IMG/VR virus record: IMGVR_UViG_2563366924_000007
Reading direction: 5' to 3' (one strand)
Length of the DNA: 16,518 nt
Source: a virus
Taxonomy: Duplodnaviria > Heunggongvirae > Uroviricota > Caudoviricetes
Under the pieces are notes generated by a model, which made no database searches, was not told where the DNA came from, and saw only the letters and a list, made by a program, of their open reading frames with translations. The position numbers were made by a program, and so were the translations under genes. Every line of letters begins with the position of its first letter. Within the stretch, counting starts at the first letter, position 1. This document shows positions 1 to 8,050 of this stretch, in pieces.

Positions 1-192
1 TCAACGCCTTAATTTATCTGGCTTTCGCCACTGATAGGGAGGCGCTTCCATGCGCTGGCGGTGCCGCTGTTTAGCGGCCAACACCATAGCTGTTTTAGTG
101 CGGATTACCAGCTTATCCTGCCCGTTAAGTTCATGGCCCAATTGACGAGCCATTTCGTCGATCACAGACTCAATTTTCTTGTGTTTGAGCAT
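1..192 (-). CDS. Hypothetical small basic protein downstream of terL (about 63 aa)
   Basis: ORF track 1..198; ATG at 192..190 sits 2 nt after the terL stop; stop TGA at 3..1. No motif recognised. Confidence 0.4.
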   Translation of the reverse strand: MLKHKKIESVIDEMARQLGHELNGQDKLVIRTKTAMVLAAKQRHRQRMEAPPYQWRKPDKLRR

Positions 193-194
193 AT

Positions 195-1856
195 TCAAAT
201 CCCGGTAAATTCGGCAAGTCGCTGCTTATGGCTATCGCTCATATCGAAAGCAAAATCCTCATGCTCAGCCTGGAAGGTGCCGAACGCCATCAGCGCAGAT
301 ACCGCAGGATCTATCTTGTTAGAGGATTTCTTTTTGTTGGGCTTAATGTTGGCGTTAGCGTCGGACTCCATCACCACGTTACCAATCGCCCAGGCCAGAA
401 CCGGATCGCCCCGATGGCGCACCACCTTGCGGTTTACGAACACCTCAAAGGATTTCGCTACCGGACTGAATTTAAGATAGGTTTGCGGGAACGGCTCCAC
501 ATCGAGGCCCGCCCCCTGCAGCTGGGTGCGTAGATGCGTGGCGTTCCACGTATCAAAACCCACCAGCCGAATGTTGAATGTTTCGGCATCACGCAAAATA
601 TCGTCACGGATGCGGTCATAGTCGATACAGTCACCGGGTGTGGTGCGTATCCAGCCCGCTTTCACCCACTGGCGGTAGATGGCGCGGTTTTTGTTGGCGA
701 CGTTAAGCAACTGTGCTTCCGGCAGATAATGACGGGTCAGGAGCCTGATCTCCCTGTCGAACGGGAAAGCGTAGCTCACGCTGGTGATATCGCTGGTAGA
801 GGACAGGTCAAACCCGGCGTAGCACTCCCTTCCGGCCAGATCTTCTTCGGTATAGTCGAGTGCACAGGCATCCCATGCACCGGCACCCATCCACGGCGTG
901 GAGCCCTGACACCAGATATTGAAACGTTTGGTCAGCATTTCCACCCACTGCGACGGTATGCCCCGTGCTTTCTGGATGGTGGATTCCAGTTTCGCCGCGT
1001 CAACGGATACATGCAGGTTAGGGTTGGCCTTGATCCACATTTCCGGCTGTTCAACCTCGCTTTCGTCGTCCAGCTCGTAGATCAGGACAAACAGCGAATC
1101 GTTGCTCTCTTCCCCGGCCAGAATCTGGCAGCAGTAGTCGTAATGCTGTTTGCAGGCGGAGACAACATTACTCCCGGCGGTGGTAATGGCGAACAGAACC
1201 GCCTCAGGACGTGCGCCCATGCCCAGCTCAAGCGCGGAATAAACGCCGTTATCCGGGTGAAGATGGTACTCATCGACAATCGCCAGGCTGGGGTTAGTGC
1301 CCTCAATGGTAGCCGCCTTCGCCGCCAGTGGCTTTAACAGGCTGTTGCTCTTCGGAAAAATGACCTTGTGCGCCTGAATATTGACGCGCTTTTTCAGCGG
1401 TTTTGACAGCAGACACATCTGGCGGGCATCGTCGAACACGATTCGGGCCTGATCCCGGCTCACCGCCGCCGTGTAGATATCCTGCTGGCCCTTCTCCATC
1501 ACCAGAAACCAGTTAGCCAGCATGGCGGCCACAGTGGATTTGGCATTCTTGCGCGGCACCTCAATAAACGCGCTGCTGTACTTCCGGCGGCCTGACTCCC
1601 TGACTTTAAAGCCCAGCAGGTTAGCAAAGGCGAACTGCTGCCACGGCTCCAGCTCGATTGGCTGGCCGCGCAGCGGGCCTTTGACGTGTGGACAGAGCCG
1701 GGAAAAGGCAATAAACCGCTCTACGGTCGCCGTATCGAACTCATAACGGGGGTCATTCAGGTCTGAAAAGTACCTCTCCACGGCCTGTTTTACACGCTTA
1801 CAGGCCGGAATTTCGCCCGTTTTTATCGCGTTTGCGTACTCATTCCAGACGGTCAA
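195..1856 (-). CDS. terL: Phage terminase large subunit
   Basis: 553 aa; P-loop-like segment IEVPRKNAKST, Walker B-like LAIVDEYHL, size and position after terS. Only in-frame start that includes the P-loop is TTG at 1856, preceded by a GAGGAAG Shine-Dalgarno-like sequence. Confidence 0.88.
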   Translation of the reverse strand: MTVWNEYANAIKTGEIPACKRVKQAVERYFSDLNDPRYEFDTATVERFIAFSRLCPHVKGPLRGQPIELEPWQQFAFANLLGFKVRESGRRKYSSAFIEVPRKNAKSTVAAMLANWFLVMEKGQQDIYTAAVSRDQARIVFDDARQMCLLSKPLKKRVNIQAHKVIFPKSNSLLKPLAAKAATIEGTNPSLAIVDEYHLHPDNGVYSALELGMGARPEAVLFAITTAGSNVVSACKQHYDYCCQILAGEESNDSLFVLIYELDDESEVEQPEMWIKANPNLHVSVDAAKLESTIQKARGIPSQWVEMLTKRFNIWCQGSTPWMGAGAWDACALDYTEEDLAGRECYAGFDLSSTSDITSVSYAFPFDREIRLLTRHYLPEAQLLNVANKNRAIYRQWVKAGWIRTTPGDCIDYDRIRDDILRDAETFNIRLVGFDTWNATHLRTQLQGAGLDVEPFPQTYLKFSPVAKSFEVFVNRKVVRHRGDPVLAWAIGNVVMESDANANIKPNKKKSSNKIDPAVSALMAFGTFQAEHEDFAFDMSDSHKQRLAEFTGI

Positions 1857-2196
1857 GCTCGTCTTCCTCTTCCGTTTCTACCGGATTCCGGCGGCGGCTC
1901 ACCGGATCAAAGCCCAGCAGCGACGACATTTTAATCATGATTTTTTCAGCATCGGCCTTTGCACTCAGTGCCGGATTTCGGCTCTCGCCACCCTGGCTGT
2001 TAACAATGCTGAACCCACGGCTGGCAAGGTCTTCCACGGCTTTGCGGTACATCGAATAGTTGACGCAAAAAAGCTCAAGGTTGTTCCAGTCGGCGGGTGT
2101 CAGATCGCCACGCTCGGCCAGTTGCTTCGCTTTCGCTTTCCACTGCTGCGCGGCTAACTCATCAAGGTAAGCTGGCGGTTTTGGTGGTCTTGCCAT
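1840..2196 (-). CDS. terS: Terminase small subunit (P27-like)
   Basis: Translation from ATG at 2196 (MARPPKPPAYLDELAAQQWKAKAKQLAERGDLTP...) resembles P27-family small terminases; the longer track ORF to 2364 is an alternative-start extension. Stop overlaps the terL start. Confidence 0.8.
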   Translation of the reverse strand: MARPPKPPAYLDELAAQQWKAKAKQLAERGDLTPADWNNLELFCVNYSMYRKAVEDLASRGFSIVNSQGGESRNPALSAKADAEKIMIKMSSLLGFDPVSRRRNPVETEEEDELDRLE

Positions 2197-2249
2197 AAAA
2201 ATTTCTCGTTTCCATCGCGTTTTATTTTCAAAAAAATCACCGTGCGTAA

Positions 2250-2320
2250 AAATTTGAGGGGGCGGGCGGTGCCTGGCACCTTGAGGTTTGTCCTGAAAAC
2301 CTCCCCCACCCCGTCCATGC
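2250..2320. other. Candidate cos/packaging site in the HNH-terS intergenic region
   Basis: Perfect 13-bp palindrome GGTGCCTGGCACC (2268-2280) flanked by a G-tract (GAGGGGGCGGGCGG) and a C-tract (CCTCCCCCACCCCGTCC), in a roughly 275-bp non-coding gap just upstream of terS. Confidence 0.3.
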
Positions 2321-2471
2321 GGCCTGTCAGCGGTTGCGGAAGCATTCCCGCAACTCCCGTTCACGCTCGCTCATACGCTGCACAGGCTGGCGCTCATTGC
2401 GTCTGCTTCGCCCCTGCATGAAGCCATCACGGCAGCGCATCAATGATCGGTACAGATTCACCACGTCTTTC

Positions 2472-2915
2472 TCATTCATTTCTGCCCTCATACATCCAGT
2501 CATTGCGATGGGCTGCACGCTCTTCCTGCTCACGGTACAGCCCTGCTTTGCGCTTCGCTTTGGTGGTTGGGTCTTGCTGTGTGGTCTTCTGGTTATGATG
2601 CGCCTGGCATAACGGCTGGTGATTCCACTCAGGCCAGAACAGAACGTCATCACCGCCGTTGATAGGGATGATGTGATCGACAATCTTTGCAGGAACGTAG
2701 AGGCCCAGCTTCTGACACTCAACGCACAGCGGATAGCGCTTAAGGTACTGAGCGCGGTACTTCTCCCATGAGGCTGAATAACCACGGGCGCGACGGTGGC
2801 CGCGTCTGGCATCCTCTGCCCGCCACGCTTCCCGCTTATGCTCGTCACACTTGCCAGACTTCACCCGTTTATTGCATCCCGGCTCTGTGCACCGGCGTAG
2901 TGGTTGCCACGGCAT
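2472..2915 (-). CDS. HNH endonuclease (packaging-associated)
   Basis: Cys/His-rich HNH-type motifs (CVECQKLG, HIIPINGGDD, NHQPLCQAHHNQK); ATG at 2915 overlaps the upstream stop; sits immediately before terS. Confidence 0.85.
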   Translation of the reverse strand: MPWQPLRRCTEPGCNKRVKSGKCDEHKREAWRAEDARRGHRRARGYSASWEKYRAQYLKRYPLCVECQKLGLYVPAKIVDHIIPINGGDDVLFWPEWNHQPLCQAHHNQKTTQQDPTTKAKRKAGLYREQEERAAHRNDWMYEGRNE

Positions 2916-3208
2916 CAGTACACCCCCACATCTCGGTAGACAGACCACAACGCAGAGACAGCCATCGGTATCTCTTTGGCGTCGGTGTCACCAATCATCG
3001 TGCGGTACTCGTACAGCTGAGAGACGTACATCAAACAGCCGATCTTGATAGCCGGGGTGAACTCCAGACCGTTATCAAATCGCTTGCCGATATGCTTCTG
3101 GCAGACCTCCAGCGCAGCTTCGATGTACGCCTGTATCAACGTATCTTCGTAATCATCATCAATACGGCAATGCAGCTTTGCTTCTTCCAGACCGATTAAC
3201 TCACTCAT
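2915..3208 (-). CDS. gp6-like head-tail connector / DNA-packaging protein
   Basis: Translation from ATG at 3208 (MSELIGLEEAKLHCRIDDDYEDTLIQAYIEAALEVCQKHIG...) matches the gp6-like connector pattern; GGAGG Shine-Dalgarno upstream; the track ORF to 3460 is an extension. Confidence 0.75.
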   Translation of the reverse strand: MSELIGLEEAKLHCRIDDDYEDTLIQAYIEAALEVCQKHIGKRFDNGLEFTPAIKIGCLMYVSQLYEYRTMIGDTDAKEIPMAVSALWSVYRDVGVY

Positions 3209-3539
3209 TGAAAATGCCTCCCTTGCACAGCAGCTCAAGCCGGGTGTGATCCACATCAGGAATGACGGCCACGATGCCGTAAACCTGCCCCCGGACGTTT
3301 GGCGAGCGGTACAGAATGCGGTTTGCGGTGGTGATATCGTCGCGGTAGCGCGTCCAGATTCGCACAGTGGCTTCGGAGTAAAGCGCCCCGGAAGACATGC
3401 GCTCACGCCCGCTGATAGCACGAATTTCAGCCCAGACTGAGGCAAGGTCAGCCCATTCATAGATAACCTGACCAGTCGGGTCGCGGTGAGATTCCGACTT
3501 CTGAAAGGTAACGCGGCGTTTCATCTTTCCGGCTCTCAT
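3201..3539 (-). CDS. Head-tail adaptor / head closure protein
   Basis: 112 aa with the pattern typical of this family (VWAEIRAISGRE...IWTRYR...LELLCKG); ATGA overlap with the portal stop. Confidence 0.75.
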   Translation of the reverse strand: MRAGKMKRRVTFQKSESHRDPTGQVIYEWADLASVWAEIRAISGRERMSSGALYSEATVRIWTRYRDDITTANRILYRSPNVRGQVYGIVAVIPDVDHTRLELLCKGGIFNE

Positions 3540-4771
3540 ACGTCACCGTCCTTGCTGTCTTTACTGATCTTCACTTCCTGCTTCCATGCCTGACTGAACT
3601 CGTCACCACCTTCACGCGGCGGCATACCCTCACGCTCACGGGCTTCGTTCGGGTTCATAATCCCGTTCTTGATACCGCGCTCATAAGTGGCGTAACGCTC
3701 GGTAGGTGTGGCACGGAGAAGGTCAGCGGAGTCAAACTCCACCAGATAGCGGGTTCCCGGAACGGGAGAGGCCACCAGCAGCGCGGATTTAATTTGTTGC
3801 TCGAAGTTCGCCAGCCACGGACGCATCGTCATGGTGAGAAATGCGCGGCTCGCCTCACTAAAATTGCTGTAGGTGCTGTTGCTGTATTCCTGCAAGAAGA
3901 TGGGAGAAACGTTAAACATGCGGGCAATGTCTTCAATGGAGAAGCGCCGGGAGGCCAGCCACTCAGCATCCTGATTGCTCATGCCAAGTTGCTTATAGTC
4001 CATGCCACCTTCAAGGATCGGCGTTTTCCCGGCATTTCTGGCACCTTTGTAACGTTCCAGCGCATCCATTGCCTGTTTGCCCTTCACGCTGTCGAGCCAT
4101 TCTTTAGTTACCACTACCCCCGAAGCCATCATCCCATCTTTCATAATGCTGGCACCGTGGCGCTGTTGTGCCAGACCTAACCCCAGCGCCTCACGGCAGA
4201 TGGTGATCGGCGAACGCCCCAGAAAACCATCATCGGTGGAGTAACGCAGGTGCAGAATCTCTTCCTGCAGGTAGGTGCGCACTGCCCCGGTAAACGGTTC
4301 AGTAACGGTGTATTTGTACTTATGCTGGCCGATACGCTCAGGAACAACCGCCCCCGGCGCATACGGATGCAGGGATTGCGGCTGGCCGTCACGGCCCCAC
4401 TGGATCACCGCATAGGCGTTACCATTCAGCAGGCAATGACGCATCATCGTGCGCTTGAACTGGTAAGGCGTCTGACAGTCGTTCGGTTGCTCGTTAAGGA
4501 GAAAATCCACCGGGTGATTGCTTAGCCACTCCCGCGCTTCTCGGCCGTTATCGTTGCGCACGCGGTAGAGGTAGCAGGGCATTGTTGCCACTGCCTCGCT
4601 GATAACTGATATGGCGTTCATGACCGCCGGCAGAGATTCCGCAGTACCGGCAGACACATATTCGCCTGATCCGGTATTTGGAATCCCTGCCATCGCCAGA
4701 AACTCATCAATCGTCATGCTGCGCTGTTCGGATGGCTCAGATTTACGGCCAAAAGGCCAGATATTCCACAT
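3536..4771 (-). CDS. Phage portal protein (HK97-type)
   Basis: 411 aa; position between protease and adaptor; sequence character of HK97-family portals. Confidence 0.88.
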   Translation of the reverse strand: MWNIWPFGRKSEPSEQRSMTIDEFLAMAGIPNTGSGEYVSAGTAESLPAVMNAISVISEAVATMPCYLYRVRNDNGREAREWLSNHPVDFLLNEQPNDCQTPYQFKRTMMRHCLLNGNAYAVIQWGRDGQPQSLHPYAPGAVVPERIGQHKYKYTVTEPFTGAVRTYLQEEILHLRYSTDDGFLGRSPITICREALGLGLAQQRHGASIMKDGMMASGVVVTKEWLDSVKGKQAMDALERYKGARNAGKTPILEGGMDYKQLGMSNQDAEWLASRRFSIEDIARMFNVSPIFLQEYSNSTYSNFSEASRAFLTMTMRPWLANFEQQIKSALLVASPVPGTRYLVEFDSADLLRATPTERYATYERGIKNGIMNPNEAREREGMPPREGGDEFSQAWKQEVKISKDSKDGDV

Positions 4772-4772
4772 A

Positions 4773-5333
4773 TCACAGCCCCGCTAAGTCAGCCCAGCGT
4801 CGGCGGTTATCACCAGCACGGCGCAGTTCAGGATGTTGGGAGAACAGAGAACGGTGCGCAATTTCCACGCCGGACTCAGGGTAAGCAGGCATAGAAGTAA
4901 CGGTGATCTCCCGCAGCTCGGCAGCGGTAACAGTGCGAATATACGGTGTAGGAGTAATATCCCAGGACTCTTTCAGCGCACGGAATCCGAAGCTCATGCC
5001 GGAAATGTCTCCACGCTCCACCAGCTCCAGCACATCATTGCCAAGTTGGGTGTTTGGCGGGGTCAGCTCGAAACGCAGCCCGGTATCATCTTCGGACAAC
5101 ACCAGCGTGCCGGATTTGGTACGCCCCAGCAGTTGGGTATAGTTATGCTCGTACAGTGCACGCACATCGCTACCGGATGCCAGGCTGTCTTTAAACGCCC
5201 CCGGCGCAAACTGCTCGCGGAACTCATCCCAGATCACCTCTGACAGGCTGTTCCAGCGCACGGCATAGCCCACCAGCTTTTTGTTGCTGGCGCTCAGTTC
5301 GGAGGTACGGATTTCAAAATCGATTGTTTTCAT
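4773..5333 (-). CDS. Prohead maturation protease (HK97-type)
   Basis: 186 aa; resembles HK97-family prohead proteases; GGAG Shine-Dalgarno before the ATG at 5333. Confidence 0.85.
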   Translation of the reverse strand: MKTIDFEIRTSELSASNKKLVGYAVRWNSLSEVIWDEFREQFAPGAFKDSLASGSDVRALYEHNYTQLLGRTKSGTLVLSEDDTGLRFELTPPNTQLGNDVLELVERGDISGMSFGFRALKESWDITPTPYIRTVTAAELREITVTSMPAYPESGVEIAHRSLFSQHPELRRAGDNRRRWADLAGL

Positions 5334-5351
5334 TGTTGGACTCCACAGAGG

Positions 5352-5378
5352 GCAAAAAGGGGCCGAAGCCCCTTAAAC
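5352..5378 (-). terminator. Intrinsic terminator-like hairpin between capsid and protease genes
   Basis: On the minus strand GGGGC-uucg-GCCCC followed by UUUUUG. Confidence 0.5.
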
Positions 5379-5384
5379 GTCAGA

Positions 5385-6551
5385 TCAGGAACCGGAACCG
5401 GAAAGCTCAAGCACCTTGATGGCGTTGGAGTCCACCACACCACCGCCTAGGTATTTATCGGTGTGCACCTTGTAGAAACCAGGTTCGGTGATGTTGTCGG
5501 GGCGGGTACGCACGCCAGTGGTGTGATCCACGATGAAGTAACCGCGCTTAAAGTCGCCGACTGCCAGGAACGCTTCACCCGCAGCCGCATCAGGCATGGT
5601 TTCCAGATATTGAACCGGACGGCCAAGGAGGGTATCGGGAGAGTCAGCGACGAGACGATCACGCCAGATGTAATCCCCGTTGCCGTTTTTCAGCTTTTGC
5701 AGCGTAGCGGCAGTGTTGGAGTTCATCACCCATACGGCATTTTTACGGTATTTGGCTTTCAGCTTATACAGCAGGTCGATCAATCCATCAGAGGAAACGG
5801 CAGCAGCTTCCATTTTCTCCAGCGTTCCGAACGGACGGGTTTTATCGCTGGTGGCCGCACGCGGATAGGACAGGAACCCTTTGGATTTTTTATCACCGTC
5901 GCCGTTCACAAAGTCGGTTTCTTCGGTAGCAGTGAAGGTGTCGGTGATTTCGGAAGACAGCCAACCCAGAATATCAACTTCGGAGAAGTCGAGAATTTCC
6001 TGAGTGGTTTTCGGGTAGGCGTAGATCGGGTTGAGTTTGATATCAACGCGCTCCATCTTAGGTGTGCTGGTTTCGGTACGCGCTTCGCCTTCGGTGCCGC
6101 GCTTAACGGTAGTGCCACCCACTGATACCAGCTTCTGGTATTCGTTGGTTTTGGTGGTCTTCACCGTAGCGATGGAGCGCATAACGCTGTCATCCTGCAA
6201 CTGGCGCATGATCTCTTTGTCCAGCTCAGGGATAACGGTATAGCCGCCGTCAGCCTGCACCAACGTGGAGAGAGAGCGGGTATCGCCGGTCATGATGTAG
6301 TGGCGCAGCTCATCGTTGCTTACACCTTTACCTTCAACAGAAGTACCAGGCAGATTGCGCTGATCGTCGGCGACGGCCTCAAGGCGGGTAATTTCAACTT
6401 CAAGCGCATCAGCCTGGGCGCGGAGTTCATCGAACTGCTTGCCCTCTTCATCGTTCAGGCTTCGCTTTTCGCTGTCAGCTTTTTCCAGCATGGAACGCAT
6501 CTGGGTTTTGAGTGCGGCTTTCTGCTGGCGTAATTCAAGTAATTTCTTCAT
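5385..6551 (-). CDS. Major capsid protein (HK97-fold) with N-terminal coiled-coil delta domain
   Basis: From ATG at 6551 (MKKLLELRQQKAALKTQMRSMLEKADSEKR...) a charged coiled-coil N-terminus then an HK97-like capsid body; the track ORF to 6668 adds an implausible N-terminal extension. Confidence 0.88.
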   Translation of the reverse strand: MKKLLELRQQKAALKTQMRSMLEKADSEKRSLNDEEGKQFDELRAQADALEVEITRLEAVADDQRNLPGTSVEGKGVSNDELRHYIMTGDTRSLSTLVQADGGYTVIPELDKEIMRQLQDDSVMRSIATVKTTKTNEYQKLVSVGGTTVKRGTEGEARTETSTPKMERVDIKLNPIYAYPKTTQEILDFSEVDILGWLSSEITDTFTATEETDFVNGDGDKKSKGFLSYPRAATSDKTRPFGTLEKMEAAAVSSDGLIDLLYKLKAKYRKNAVWVMNSNTAATLQKLKNGNGDYIWRDRLVADSPDTLLGRPVQYLETMPDAAAGEAFLAVGDFKRGYFIVDHTTGVRTRPDNITEPGFYKVHTDKYLGGGVVDSNAIKVLELSGSGS

Positions 6552-6575
6552 GGAGTGGTTTCCGTAACAATTAAC

Positions 6576-6672
6576 GTTGAGACGTGAAACCAGCGCTTGG
6601 AGGGATGTCCACCTGGAAAGGAAACCGTCGCAGAACGGGAAAGAACCAGGTGGACAGTGGCGGCTCACGTCT
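6576..6672. promoter_or_regulatory. Nested inverted repeats in the capsid-operon leader/promoter region
   Basis: Perfect 11-bp inverted repeat TGTCCACCTGG (6606-6616) / CCAGGTGGACA (6646-6656) inside an outer 8-bp inverted repeat AGACGTGA (6580-6587) / TCACGTCT (6665-6672). Confidence 0.35.
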
Positions 6673-6813
6673 GAGTGCCACTCTTCAAGATATACATAAT
6701 AATCAATGAGTAAACACCTCTATGTTGTCGCAAATAGCAGCGAAAACAGGAGAACAAATAATTTACAAAGTTTGATAATATGAACGGGAAAAACACCACT
6801 TCTGGGGGATTTT

Positions 6814-7326
6814 ATGGACTTCGATTTTGATGATATGGCATACCCGGATATTTTTTTAATTTCCGGCGAGGAGTTTAAAGGAAGCCGGAACACAGGAAAA
6901 AATCAGGTAGATATCCCGTTTACTGACGAACCGCAAATTGAATTGGGTGATATTCTGATTCAGAAGATTGGAAGCCGCGAGTTAAGCCTTAAAGTTGTCG
7001 ATCTTTCAATATCAAAGAATGGAACGCTGAACGTAGGTACAACGCATCCTCACTTACTTACGTTATCCGTAGAGAATCTTTCTTCCGACGCACACAGGAC
7101 AGCAAAGAGCATGAATACTTTTAATATTGGCTCCGTCAGTGGTGAGCAAGTTCAAATAGGTGAAAGTAATCATATGCTGGTGAATATCAGTATTACTGAA
7201 CTTGTCGAGAAAGTAGCCAAATCTGGCGATCCACAGGCTAAATCAATGTTGAAACAGTTACTGGAAAATAGCACCGTTGCCAGTATCGTTGGCGCTGGCG
7301 CTTCCGCGCTGTTAGGTCTGCTTTAA
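6814..7326 (+). CDS. Hypothetical protein, AT-rich, with C-terminal hydrophobic Gly/Ala-rich tail (170 aa)
   Basis: Clean ORF with a GGGGGA Shine-Dalgarno-like sequence before the ATG; opposite orientation to neighbours; C-terminus VASIVGAGASALLGLL looks like a membrane anchor. No recognised domain. Confidence 0.6.
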   Translation: MDFDFDDMAYPDIFLISGEEFKGSRNTGKNQVDIPFTDEPQIELGDILIQKIGSRELSLKVVDLSISKNGTLNVGTTHPHLLTLSVENLSSDAHRTAKSMNTFNIGSVSGEQVQIGESNHMLVNISITELVEKVAKSGDPQAKSMLKQLLENSTVASIVGAGASALLGLL

Positions 7327-7330
7327 AATA

Positions 7331-7351
7331 TGGCCTGGGAACACCAGGCCA
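7331..7351. terminator. Hairpin between the convergent genes
   Basis: TGGCCTGG-gaaca-CCAGGCCA, perfect 8-bp stem; a U-rich tail follows on the minus-strand transcript. Confidence 0.5.
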
Positions 7352-7372
7352 CTAGCCTACATGGCAGGATGA

Positions 7373-7708
7373 TTATTCTTTATCCAGCCCCCACTGATAG
7401 AAAGCCCAGCTTGCCGTTGATTGTGCGCTATGGATAGCGTTCTCAAGGCCAGAGGTTGGGTACGACAAATCAGCCGCCATCCTCTGTAGAAGATCGAGGT
7501 AAGCGCTGGCGTCTTTCGACAACTCTTGCCCCCCTTCTTCCAGCCCAGACTGGTACGATTCCAGATCAAGTTTTTCAGAAGTGACAAAAGCGCTCAGAGC
7601 CAGAAAATCCGTCACCGTAATCTCATCTTTATTTGAAAGCTCATCAACGGCGCTGTAGAGAAACTTAACATCGCTCATATGCCCGTTATCTTTGCCAATC
7701 AGTTTCAT
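7373..7708 (-). CDS. Hypothetical small acidic protein (111 aa)
   Basis: ATG at 7708 preceded by AAGAGG at good spacing; acidic composition; sits just downstream of the iteron origin. No recognised domain. Confidence 0.6.
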   Translation of the reverse strand: MKLIGKDNGHMSDVKFLYSAVDELSNKDEITVTDFLALSAFVTSEKLDLESYQSGLEEGGQELSKDASAYLDLLQRMAADLSYPTSGLENAIHSAQSTASWAFYQWGLDKE

Positions 7709-7744
7709 TAATGACCTCTTTATTTTTCACGTATATATACAAAA

Positions 7745-8030
7745 CTATGTTGGTTCAGTTAGTTCAGTTGGTTCAATTTGTAAAGATCATTGTTTTATAA
7801 GGATTATTTTCCGATGAGTGAACCAACAAAGCCCCGATTTGAACCAACATTGGGTATTTTCATGTTGGTTCAGCCCATGAGGTTCTAAAATGTTGGTTCA
7901 AACTGCCCGTTTGTTGGTTCAAAACTGATATTTGTTGGTTCAGTGTTGGTTCGTTTTTTTGACATTAAACCCATATAAAACAGCCATATGAACATAACCA
8001 ATAAACACTGAACCAACTGAACCAACATTA
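7745..8030. repeat. Iteron array, putative origin of replication
   Basis: At least 11 copies of TGTTGGTTCA or its reverse complement in four clusters (about 7749-7776, 7819-7849, 7863-7953, 8009-8026) with AT-rich spacers, directly 3' of the replication gene. Confidence 0.7.
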
Positions 8031-8050
8031 ACAACCCTCACATGTGTAAT

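Noticed and set aside
228-1337. Plus-strand ORFs (228..533, 534..1337) running through terL
   Set aside because: Antisense to a well-supported terminase gene; Gly/Arg/Pro-rich translations typical of reverse-frame reading of GC-rich coding DNA.
2197-2364. N-terminal extensions of track ORFs for terS (to 2364), gp6-like connector (to 3460), capsid (to 6668), HNH (to 2948) and the RHH gene (from 11597)
   Set aside because: Extensions lack Shine-Dalgarno support and protein-like composition; internal ATG starts give family-typical N-termini and sensible overlaps with neighbours.
2327-2848. 173-aa minus-strand ORF overlapping the HNH gene and the HNH-terS gap
   Set aside because: Alternative frame of the HNH gene; Arg/Ser-rich with no signals; the HNH frame carries the conserved motifs.
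7745-8030. Possible CRISPR array from the repeated TGTTGGTTCA motif
   Set aside because: Repeats are only about 10 bp, occur in both orientations and lack uniform spacers; this is iteron organisation.
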